Shown: positions 55,906 to 64,000 of the stretch, piece by piece
How positions within the stretch are numbered: position 1 is the first letter of the stretch
Layout of the letters: every line of letters begins with the position of its first letter
Assembly (NCBI GenBank): GCA_001464155.1
Contig: LNEN01000305.1
Coordinates: 28,297-92,296 of the forward strand
Reading direction: 5' to 3'
Length of the DNA stretch: 64,000 nt
Source of the DNA: Cytophagales bacterium Ga0077538
GTDB taxonomy: Bacteria; Bacteroidota; Bacteroidia; Cytophagales; Cyclobacteriaceae
Position numbers and translations under genes: made by a program
The notes under the pieces: generated by a model
Databases searched by the model: none
Told to the model about the DNA's origin: nothing
The model's input: the letters and a program-made list of their open reading frames with translations, nothing else

Positions 55906-57045
55906 TTACTTGGTCGGCTTATCGACGCCCGTAGCTCGACTAATTTGAATATTAGCTTTAAGAACGTTAATTAGAGTCGGGTGGCGCTTAGTAAAGTCTT
56001 TGAAGAAGTTAGTGATTTGACCTTTAGACTGCTTATAACCACATTGCTTAATTAAGTTAACTGCATGGTCAGAAGGAATGATATGGGCAACTTCTGCCAT
56101 AATGTCTTCACTAATTTGATCAGCTTTACAATCTTTTGCAAGACCACCATATTGTTTTTCAATAGATTCAACAGTGGCTGCAATCATATCGCCTTGATAT
56201 GTTGAAGGATCTGATTGTGCTTTAAGTCGCTTTAATGCTGCTGCTTTATCTTTCAATAGATCGTTAGCAGTAACAGGAGCAGAATCGTAACAGAATTTAT
56301 GATATTCGTTACCGATGTCTTTACCCAAGATAGAGCTAACAGTTAGCCGGTGAAGTTGACGAGAAGTATTTAAACCCGCCATTTCAGCTGCATTTACTTT
56401 TGACCAAGTACGTGGAGAGATATATTTGCCATCTTTACCAATTGACTTAGTATCCTTATAAGTCCAGATACCAGAGCTAACAAACATACGAACAGACTCA
56501 TGCCATTGAGCGGCTTCAATATAGTCAACGAATGCCATGTGATCAAATTCAACTTCAAATTCAACGAAACGATCTTTTAGAGCAGCATCCATTGTATTAA
56601 CATCATACTCAGATGAATCTGGGTTAATACAAGCCGCAAACATCCAACCTGGAGGAAGTTCGTATTGGTGGATTTTCATATCTGTCAATGCTTGCATTAA
56701 ACAGTTCATAACGCCAGTGGTACCACGATTTGGTTCTTCAAATAAGATTAAGCCTTCGCCTTCTGTTGGCCAGAAATCAGGCAATAAATGCTTTGTACGA
56801 GCAACACCGTTTTTATCTACTGACTCAGATGGAAAACCGATTAAATCTGGTGCTTCCATATAAGCAATACGTAGATCGAGGAATCCAAAGTTTGGATTAC
56901 GCTCACGCTGCTTTTTCACCCATGCTTGCGTAATCTCAGATTTACCGAGACCAGCTTCGCCGGTGAACATAGGGTTGATAACACGACCTTGCTGTCTTGC
57001 TTTATAAGACAGGTCCAACACTGGAAAAATATTACTTGGTTTCAT
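55906..57045 (-). CDS. MoxR-type AAA+ ATPase
   Basis: GEAGLGKS, DLIGFP, LFEEPNR, A.NP, D.AL.DRF, SPRTW. Confidence 0.9.
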   Translation of the reverse strand: MKPSNIFPVLDLSYKARQQGRVINPMFTGEAGLGKSEITQAWVKKQRERNPNFGFLDLRIAYMEAPDLIGFPSESVDKNGVARTKHLLPDFWPTEGEGLILFEEPNRGTTGVMNCLMQALTDMKIHQYELPPGWMFAACINPDSSEYDVNTMDAALKDRFVEFEVEFDHMAFVDYIEAAQWHESVRMFVSSGIWTYKDTKSIGKDGKYISPRTWSKVNAAEMAGLNTSRQLHRLTVSSILGKDIGNEYHKFCYDSAPVTANDLLKDKAAALKRLKAQSDPSTYQGDMIAATVESIEKQYGGLAKDCKADQISEDIMAEVAHIIPSDHAVNLIKQCGYKQSKGQITNFFKDFTKRHPTLINVLKANIQISRATGVDKPTK

Positions 57046-57093
57046 CTATTCTCCTCCTAAAGAGATTTTGTTAATCAATTTTAATTTCAGATC

Positions 57094-57375
57094 TTAGTGA
57101 AAGTCTCGTGAAACAGGTTCTGGCATTTTACATGCTTCAACAAGTTTTTGAGCAAACACCGAACTGAGTTTGTATCGCGATTGCAATACAGTAAATGAAG
57201 GTTCATCGCTTTCTTGTGCTGCCTGCAAAGCTAGTTTCTCAAAGGTTTGAGCACATATAGACATCAAATTAGCAAATACTCTCATGTCTTCGTGAGACAT
57301 AACAATACTAATCATTCCTTCTGGCATTGGCGGGGCAACTTTGCGAACATCTTCTTTACTAATCTTCGTCTCCAT
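57094..57375 (-). CDS. Hypothetical protein
   Basis: ORF; start uncertain. Confidence 0.5.
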   Translation of the reverse strand: METKISKEDVRKVAPPMPEGMISIVMSHEDMRVFANLMSICAQTFEKLALQAAQESDEPSFTVLQSRYKLSSVFAQKLVEACKMPEPVSRDFH

Positions 57376-57745
57376 CTTCTGAGTCGTCTTCACTGTTGAT
57401 TTCTTCAAATTCTTCTTCGTAACCTTCGCCATCCACATCCTCCTTCAGTTTAGCAATAAACTTAGCTCTCAATGCGGGTGGAAGTGCATTAAGGTCAATC
57501 TTGAGAGATGGTTTAGCTTTTTTAGGTTTTGTTCCCTTACGGGCTTCACCATAAAATAAATCAGCATCTTCTAAAGATAAGAAGATTGCAGGTTCACCGC
57601 CACCTGTTGTAGTTCTAATGACTCCAATTTGGGGTTCGCGTTCTTTCTCAGGAACACGATTGATAGAACCACCACGCGCAAGATATTCTTCTATGGTTTC
57701 TACCTTAGAGAATTTACGAACTTCAGAGTGATTTTTCTTTGCCAT
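57359..57745 (-). CDS. Protein with SutA-like motif and acidic tail
   Basis: IEEYLARGGSINRVP. Confidence 0.5.
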   Translation of the reverse strand: MAKKNHSEVRKFSKVETIEEYLARGGSINRVPEKEREPQIGVIRTTTGGGEPAIFLSLEDADLFYGEARKGTKPKKAKPSLKIDLNALPPALRAKFIAKLKEDVDGEGYEEEFEEINSEDDSEDGDED

Positions 57746-57776
57746 TAATATTCCTCCAAATTGTTATGGTTTCAGA

Positions 57777-58142
57777 TTATAAAAGTCGAGTTTTTTCTAC
57801 AAGAGGGCTTATAAGTATAGACTCTATAGTATGAAAGCCATTTTCGCTGTAAGGACAATATTGTTGAAACAACTCATGAACTTTTTCTGAGATATCAGGG
57901 TATATTTCGGTTACTGACTTTTCTCCTAAGTCTTTTCTAACATATTCACCGACATGGTAATTATAGTTATGATTCCAATCAATGCCATAATCACGAGATT
58001 TACCTTTATACGGTTTAAAATTTTTAATCGCTTCAATTAAAGGGAGAATTTTATTAAAGTCTTTATCATAAATCTCTGAGACTTTGGTAATATAGTCGGC
58101 ATCATTAGTGTCAACTGTAATTGTAATTTCTTGTTTCGCCAT
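57777..58142 (-). CDS. Hypothetical protein
   Basis: SD GGAGG; DTNDADY...P...GFHTIESI. Confidence 0.6.
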   Translation of the reverse strand: MAKQEITITVDTNDADYITKVSEIYDKDFNKILPLIEAIKNFKPYKGKSRDYGIDWNHNYNYHVGEYVRKDLGEKSVTEIYPDISEKVHELFQQYCPYSENGFHTIESILISPLVEKTRLL

Positions 58143-58177
58143 AGATCCTCCAGATAGAAAGATCTAGTTTCAGAAAT

Positions 58178-58657
58178 CTATTTAAAGAGTTCTTCTTCGT
58201 GAATCGAAGGGAAAATGCCGTGTAATCGACGCATGTAGTCGATATATTCTTTTTCATTTCGGCGTTTTATTAAATTAGTTCTTAAAGATTTAAACTCTCT
58301 ATAAGTTCTATGAAAAAATAAGGGAAGATAATCATGGAATTGTATAGTTGCTTGAGCTTCTGGCATAATAGCGTGATTCAAGTTATTGACTTCACGATGA
58401 TAAATATGACAATGTATTTGTTTAGCTATTTTATTGTAAGTTATGATGATTGTTTTAGTTGCATTAAATGGATCAGGTATTAACTCGTTATCAGATACTT
58501 TAACTTTGAATTGCCAAATAATTGTAGGTCCTGGGAAAGCCGCGTTACCAGTCCCTGACCCTATTGAGGGGTCTTCAAGGCGAAAGTTCTCAGGGTGAGT
58601 TTTAAGTGACTCACTGAGTTGCCTTAAGGTTAAGTATACGAGTTCCTCTTTCGTCAT
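58178..58657 (-). CDS. Hypothetical protein
   Basis: ORF with SD AAGGG. Confidence 0.55.
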   Translation of the reverse strand: MTKEELVYLTLRQLSESLKTHPENFRLEDPSIGSGTGNAAFPGPTIIWQFKVKVSDNELIPDPFNATKTIIITYNKIAKQIHCHIYHREVNNLNHAIMPEAQATIQFHDYLPLFFHRTYREFKSLRTNLIKRRNEKEYIDYMRRLHGIFPSIHEEELFK

Positions 58658-58717
58658 GCAATCCCTTTAAAGGTATAATATAGCTACCTAGCTTATTCTA
58701 TCAGGGAGAAGGTTTAA

Positions 58718-59507
58718 ATGGCCGCCACAACTGAGTTAACTGACAATTTAGCATACGGAGTCGATCTTAAGAATCGACGTATTTATTTTGGATTAAACTT
58801 AGATTCGGCTGATGTTAATGAAAGCACAGATTTTACAATGTCATCCGTTGAATATGCTGTGCGAGCATTACATCGAATGGCTAGTGATGCACCAGGAAAA
58901 CCAATAGAAATTCACATGTGCTCATACGGTGGTGATCCTTATGCTATGCTTCGCCTATATGACGAAATCCATGCATGTCCTTGTCAAATTAAGTTCTTTG
59001 GCTCAGGTGCAATTATGTCATCTGCTACATGGATTATGGCAGGCTCAGATGAGCGATATTTGCACCCTAATGCAACCGTTATGGTGCATGATGGAAGTGA
59101 TTCAAATCCAGGCAGCAGAGATGAAGCGTTTACAAGATAAGCTATATGAAATCTATGCTGACAATAGCAGAATGCCTATTGAATTTTGGGCCGATGTATG
59201 TCAGCGTGATTTGTATCTTACGGCCAGCGAAGCAGTGTCATTAGGACTAGCTGATAAAGTGATTGAACCTAAGAAGCGTGGTAACTTACGTAAAGCTCGA
59301 TATGCTGCTTTAAAGAAAGAACCAGATACTAAAGAAATGAATAAACTATTAAAAGATGTTTATGCACGTATTAATAAAGTTAAAGTACCTAAAATAGAAC
59401 TTAATGAAATTAAAAAAGAAGCTGCAGACTCTAATCTTATTATTGATGAAACAAAAACGCCGGAAGTAAATCCGGCGCCAACAGATATTGCTGTTAAGAA
59501 AGATTGA
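58718..59507 (+). pseudogene. clpP: ClpP-like protease, frameshifted near 59100
   Basis: SYGG, MSSA, MVH in first frame; DLYLTASEAVSLGLADKV in second frame. Confidence 0.8.
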
Positions 59508-59677
59508 GCGGTCAGACGCTACTCTGACTCATGGAGTTTCAGTCACTTCTATACGTCCCGTTCGCTTGCGCTAGGGTATCGGTACTCCAACAGATGACCA
59601 TTCTTGTGTGTCTCCAATAGGCTGTCAAATCATTTAACGCGACCAGCGAGCACCTATAGCTTTCCACACCGCACTCA
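59505..59677 (-). ncRNA. Unidentified structured RNA, about 170 nt
   Basis: Terminal stem GAGTGCGGT/ACCGCTC, internal stems, GC-rich, no ORF. Confidence 0.5.
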
Positions 59678-59683
59678 AATATA

Positions 59684-59929
59684 TTAAGAATTTTTAACTA
59701 TTTTAATTAAACTCTTTTTAGCATTTGCAGCTCCACCATTATTGAACAATGAATTCAATTGAGTGCGAGTTACAAACTGTGTAAGAGCTGCAACTTTAGC
59801 AGAACGAATTCCAGCGCGTGGACTGAATGCGTTTGCGAACGTAGATAGATTAGTAAAATTACTAACGCTAAGTTTACGAAGCTCATTCAAAAGAACTGGA
59901 CGCGTATACTTCTTAGTAGAGAAAGCCAT
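59684..59929 (-). CDS. Small basic protein
   Basis: SD AGGAG, own TATAAT, biased codons. Confidence 0.65.
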   Translation of the reverse strand: MAFSTKKYTRPVLLNELRKLSVSNFTNLSTFANAFSPRAGIRSAKVAALTQFVTRTQLNSLFNNGGAANAKKSLIKIVKNS

Positions 59930-60250
59930 TTAATACTCCTGTTATTTGTTTAGGGACATTGAAAATATATTATACGATTGAACAATTTTTGGGTGAAGGA
60001 ATATGCCGATACTAGGCGTGGTTCTATCTTGACCTAAATAGAGCGCACTTCTCGGCACCAGTCAACCCATATCATATTTAACGGACCTCAGCTACTTCAC
60101 CACCATTTGGACTGCTTTAGTAATGTTGCAATCTGATTACCGACGCATCTGTCATTATGCAGTACTCAGCTACGACACGTAGCTTGCTAAATACCGATCT
60201 CATTTCCATGTGTCCCAGGGAAGAATGAGCACCTCTGATCCTAGGAGAAT

Positions 60251-60475
60251 TTATGCTAAAAGGATTTTCTCCAATTTAGCTTGTAATCTTTTAAATTTAT
60301 ACTTTGCTTGTTTTATTGCGTACTTTTGGTCTTTATAGGTACCAATAAGTTTATCATCAGGGTCTCTTACTTCATAAGAGAGATATTCTTCTAGCATCCA
60401 CGATGTGGCGCTTTGACCTCCACGAGGAAGGTTTTCGACTTGCACAATTTTGAAATAGTCGTTCCACTTATTCAA
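60251..60475 (-). CDS. Small hypothetical protein
   Basis: ORF after tRNA; start uncertain. Confidence 0.45.
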   Translation of the reverse strand: MNKWNDYFKIVQVENLPRGGQSATSWMLEEYLSYEVRDPDDKLIGTYKDQKYAIKQAKYKFKRLQAKLEKILLA

Positions 60476-60477
60476 GA

Positions 60478-60570
60478 TGGTACTCCCGCTGGGATTCGAA
60501 CCCAGATCCAACACTAATCAGGTGCTTAAAGTCGTTATAAGCGACTGGCTCAGAACCTCTGAACGGGAGC
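60478..60570 (-). tRNA. tRNA-Ile(TAT) with long variable arm
   Basis: AGTCG-CTTATAA-CGACT arm, GGTTCGAATCC, ACCA; 93 nt. Confidence 0.8.
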
Positions 60571-60595
60571 ATTATAAATGTCCCGTATTATATAG

Positions 60596-60799
60596 TCAAT
60601 CACGTTTCTTTATCCTTATTTCGTAAATATCTTCGTAGAACTTATTGTATTCTAATATACCAAGTTTATTCATAAGTCGGAGCAGGCAATCTAATTTATA
60701 GACACTTTCATCGTAAGTTGCACTATAAGAGGCTGTATCTATTAGATAATAATAACAGCCATCTTCTTCCCGCCATGGAGTTTTTACCTCAGGGTTCAT
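60596..60799 (-). CDS. Small hypothetical protein
   Basis: Coupled ORF (TAATG). Confidence 0.5.
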   Translation of the reverse strand: MNPEVKTPWREEDGCYYYLIDTASYSATYDESVYKLDCLLRLMNKLGILEYNKFYEDIYEIRIKKRD

Positions 60800-61800
60800 T
60801 AGTCGTCGCCGAAACCCATTCCCATACGCTTAGATCTTTCTTCAAAGTCTCTCTTAAATAATGCTGTATGATCTATCATTTCTTTAATGACTTGAGAATG
60901 AGACTTGTCATCAAGTTCAGCGCGAACAGCAATCTCTTCTAAGTGTGCCACTGAAAACTCTTCAGAACCCTTAGTGTTAAGAGAGTCTTGCTCTTCTTGA
61001 GTGAGCTCTCTTTTACAGATAAACTTCATAAGATCAATCTTCTCAGAATGAGAAGGTGCTTTTAGCTTTAACATTAAGTCAAAGCGACCTGGACGATCAG
61101 CTAAGGATGCTAATAGATTTTCAGGATGATTTGTTGTTGCAATAATAAACGTTGGCAAGAAGAACACAACACCAACACCATCTAATAGATTCAATAGACC
61201 AGAGTCTACTGCTGAATTAGAACGATGGCTTTCACGTTCACCACCACCAATATCTTCGATGATTAGAACCATACGAGTACAAGTCTCATGATAGCGTGAA
61301 TTAGTAGACAACAATTTAACGATATCGTCTGCTTCAATTTCTGAAGTAGGCCATACAACAATTACTGTGCCGGCATCTTCAGCCATTAAATCAGAACATA
61401 CTTTTTCAATAGCAGATGTCTTACCCATACCAGGAGCAGAGTAAAGAAGTACTCCACGCTTTTTAGGACGATTTAGCTTTTCATACACATGAAGACGACC
61501 GAAGAACTTATTAGCCTCACCCATGATTTTTGCTGTATTAGTACTTGTTTCAAGTAGAGCTCGCTTTTTAAACTCAAGCTTTACTAATTGGAGACCTTGC
61601 ATTGTCTTGGTGAAGACAAATGAACCAGGTTTGATTTCATATTCACGAGCATCTTCTGGCTTCTCAAACTTGTATTGATAAATATGCTCGCCATCTTGAA
61701 AGCATAAATCAGACTCTGGGAGTTCTTGCTCAAGCCCAGCACTCATGTCTTTAAATGATGTTTTCTTTTTAAGAAAAAACTTACCTTCATCAGATGACAT
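60799..61800 (-). CDS. AAA+ ATPase (classical clade)
   Basis: RGVLLYSAPGMGKT, IIEDI, LLNLLDG, TTNHPE, RPGRFD. Confidence 0.9.
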   Translation of the reverse strand: MSSDEGKFFLKKKTSFKDMSAGLEQELPESDLCFQDGEHIYQYKFEKPEDAREYEIKPGSFVFTKTMQGLQLVKLEFKKRALLETSTNTAKIMGEANKFFGRLHVYEKLNRPKKRGVLLYSAPGMGKTSAIEKVCSDLMAEDAGTVIVVWPTSEIEADDIVKLLSTNSRYHETCTRMVLIIEDIGGGERESHRSNSAVDSGLLNLLDGVGVVFFLPTFIIATTNHPENLLASLADRPGRFDLMLKLKAPSHSEKIDLMKFICKRELTQEEQDSLNTKGSEEFSVAHLEEIAVRAELDDKSHSQVIKEMIDHTALFKRDFEERSKRMGMGFGDD

Positions 61801-61801
61801 A

Positions 61802-62083
61802 TTATCTCCCTCGGCCTTTACATCTCCAGGCCATAAAATTGATCATGCTTTCCATTCTATTTGCAATCCAAGCTGACTTGTGAACATCGACTCTATCTTC
61901 TAGAGATTTCATAACTTGAGGCGTTCTTGCAATATCTACAAGCCAAATTGCTTTTGATACAGATCTTGCAGTATGAATTTTGTTATACTCTAATCCTTTT
62001 GCAGGGTCTCCAAAGCGAGAGGTGCGTCTTCCAGATTTAGCATCTTCTCTTAATTTTTGAAAGAAATGTTTTAAGCTGCTCAT
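61802..62083 (-). CDS. Hypothetical protein
   Basis: Coupled ORF. Confidence 0.5.
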   Translation of the reverse strand: MSSLKHFFQKLREDAKSGRRTSRFGDPAKGLEYNKIHTARSVSKAIWLVDIARTPQVMKSLEDRVDVHKSAWIANRMESMINFMAWRCKGRGR

Positions 62084-62322
62084 TATCCCTCACTTTTACC
62101 AATATAAGAATTGTCAATGATATATCCATGACTGCTTGCACGGTACTCTTTTTTATTTACACCAGCTCTATATCCCTTATTTCTACTTGTAGCAACATAC
62201 ATAGACTTTAAGTGAAAGTGATCTGAATGGCTAGAAACCACATAATCTGTTTGAATAAAATGAGGCTTACCAGGAAGACTAGAATCGTAGCGATCTAATA
62301 ATTGATGTCTATATAGTGCCAT
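62083..62322 (-). CDS. Hypothetical protein
   Basis: Coupled ORF. Confidence 0.5.
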   Translation of the reverse strand: MALYRHQLLDRYDSSLPGKPHFIQTDYVVSSHSDHFHLKSMYVATSRNKGYRAGVNKKEYRASSHGYIIDNSYIGKSEG

Positions 62323-63142
62323 TCTTAATACTATCCTTTGTTGCCGCTCTAATCTCGGCTTTTTCTTTAATTTCTTTAATATCTAAACCCATTTCTTTCA
62401 TGGTGTTTCTATAAGTGGTCTTTTTAAGAGTCACTGTTCTTTCACCTTTATACTCGCCATAAGTTACTGTAACTGAGTCAGGTCTATAATCGTTCTCAAT
62501 ATCATAAGATGTTGAATTGTCCCAAAGACTTTCAAGAGGATAATAGGCTCCTTTAATAGCAAGCTTAATTTCGCACTTACGAATCTCATTTTCAATAAAT
62601 TCTTCAAATGCATCTGGTGCATTAAAATAACAAGTTAAAGAACCATACTTTTCTTTCAATTGACCTAAACTAATACGCTTATTAAACATACGATTTCTAA
62701 TAGGATTAACGTATTTAATAATTAGAGCACGAAAGCCATAGCCAAATGAGTGAGTAAATCCGCCAAAAATATCTATAATTCTTTTAAAGATAGATTTTGT
62801 TGGTCTAAGTCCAGTCACTCGATCACGAGGCTTAGAATAGTCAGATGGCTTTTCAAAAATGTTCTTTTTGAATGCAGAGAAGAAACCATTCCAAGGACCT
62901 TTAATAAACCAATCAACTGGTGTACCTTGAATATAATAGCCGCGCATAGTACTTTCATTATATTTAAAGCCTAACTCTTTATCAAGAGTTTCCATTAACT
63001 CTAATACTTCTGGTGCCCAAGAAACTGGACAATCAGGACTGCATTGAGATTTATCAAAGTATTTTTTCTCTAGTTTTTTAAGAGCCGCTTGATTTTCTTC
63101 TATGTTCCATTTAGGGGCATAGGTGATATCATTGTTATACAT
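62309..63142 (-). CDS. Hypothetical protein with QxKEKyGxL motif
   Basis: QLKEKYGSL..Y motif. Confidence 0.6.
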   Translation of the reverse strand: MYNNDITYAPKWNIEENQAALKKLEKKYFDKSQCSPDCPVSWAPEVLELMETLDKELGFKYNESTMRGYYIQGTPVDWFIKGPWNGFFSAFKKNIFEKPSDYSKPRDRVTGLRPTKSIFKRIIDIFGGFTHSFGYGFRALIIKYVNPIRNRMFNKRISLGQLKEKYGSLTCYFNAPDAFEEFIENEIRKCEIKLAIKGAYYPLESLWDNSTSYDIENDYRPDSVTVTYGEYKGERTVTLKKTTYRNTMKEMGLDIKEIKEKAEIRAATKDSIKNGTI

Positions 63143-63360
63143 TAGTCAACCTCTCGTTCATATTCTGCAAACCAAATTAAAAGAAAGCCTATAACAGATA
63201 GTCCAGTTGCTAATCCAATAGATAATCCAGTAGCACTAGCTGCACCTAAAGTTTGATACAGTAAAGAACCAGCGCCGGCACCCATCATCACACCAATCAA
63301 TCTACCTAATGCTCCCCAAAAACTACGTCTGAGTGCTTTTTTGTCAGGATGTTTCATCAT
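63142..63360 (-). CDS. Small two-TM membrane protein
   Basis: Hydrophobic segments. Confidence 0.55.
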   Translation of the reverse strand: MMKHPDKKALRRSFWGALGRLIGVMMGAGAGSLLYQTLGAASATGLSIGLATGLSVIGFLLIWFAEYEREVD

Positions 63361-64000
63361 TCCTTTATACACGCGTTGATTTTATGTTTGTTTAAACGAT
63401 CTACAGCTTCTCTTATAACCTCAGGTGGATGAGCAATGTTCATCCGCATATATCCTGGTTGTCCAAATAGTTCTCCAGGAAGAATATAGACTTTTGCAGC
63501 TTTAGCATCCAATGCTGGACCTGCTTTAAACCAACCAAACATAGAATTAGATTTGCAAGGCACCATTTCTAGAACATCAGGATCCAATCTCTCGAGTTCT
63601 TTCCTTGCAAGGGCTATCGATGCACGTGCCTCTTTAACAAACTCTTTATAGTATGACGGGTTCTCTTTAAAGATTAATTCTATATTGCGCGCAATATCTT
63701 GTGATGCAGCAGAGACGCCAGCAGTGGTCATCTCAATGTAATTAACCATGTCTGCGTAATACTTTTCATTATGAGCAACAGCATAGCCTATTCGTAGTCC
63801 ACTTAAGCCATACATCTTGCTCATAGAAAAAACTTGTATATCACCAAGCGGTATAGTTAATTGATCATCAGGAAGATAGATGTCAGTGTAGTAGGCAGCA
63901 TCATGTATCATCGGTCCACGGTAACGCCATTCAATAAGATCCAAGTTCGAGCAATTACGGCCATCTGGATTGTTTGGGCTGGTGATGAGAAAGCTATCGC
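63357..64000 (-). CDS. PLP-dependent aminotransferase class I/II (5' truncated by window)
   Basis: SPNNPDG, HDAAY, SMSKMYGLSGLRIGY, PG..FG..GY.R. Confidence 0.9.
   Translation of the reverse strand, partial: DSFLITSPNNPDGRNCSNLDLIEWRYRGPMIHDAAYYTDIYLPDDQLTIPLGDIQVFSMSKMYGLSGLRIGYAVAHNEKYYADMVNYIEMTTAGVSAASQDIARNIELIFKENPSYYKEFVKEARASIALARKELERLDPDVLEMVPCKSNSMFGWFKAGPALDAKAAKVYILPGELFGQPGYMRMNIAHPPEVIREAVDRLNKHKINACIKE

Noticed and set aside
59505..60248. tmRNA, SRP RNA or 6S RNA identity for the structured regions
   Set aside because: No Ala-type acceptor with TTCRA/CCA end, no SRP helix-8 motif, not one long hairpin with a central bubble
1..64000. CRISPR array, rRNA, integrase or transposase
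   Set aside because: No regularly spaced repeats or diagnostic motifs seen
1..64000. Stop-codon reassignment
   Set aside because: Genes are full length in the standard code, all three stops are used, and no suppressor anticodon was found

Overview
Segment of a large, AT-rich tailed dsDNA phage genome read in the standard genetic code; the host cannot be identified from this window. The + strand 1-24.1 kb is a virion module: portal C-terminus, prohead protease fused to a lysozyme-like domain, scaffold, SPO1/A511-like major capsid protein, acidic putative internal head proteins, neck protein, fibre proteins and membrane/lysis candidates, interspersed with nucleotide kinases, an exonuclease and a CYTH enzyme. 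The mostly - strand 24.2-64 kb carries early/middle accessory genes: dCMP deaminase, a ThyA-fold enzyme with the dCMP-type Asp, a degenerate ThyX, peptide deformylase, a Prs/macrodomain/NAMPT NAD-rebuilding locus, an HD hydrolase, SPFH, MoxR-VWA, a frameshifted ClpP, an AAA ATPase and an aminotransferase. It also holds 24 tRNA genes (three operons plus one solitary), an RNase P RNA, three HNH genes overlapping tRNAs and several unexplained structured intergenic RNAs. Most notable: all three tRNA operons start with the same promoter directly followed by a leaderless, hairpin-containing leader peptide (Val-rich ahead of tRNA-Val); a D-arm-less tRNA-Tyr; sigma-factor domains split over separate genes; a capsid N-terminal motif duplicated in the protease; and a shared C-terminal motif across about ten small proteins. 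All product calls come from motif recognition by eye, not database searches.
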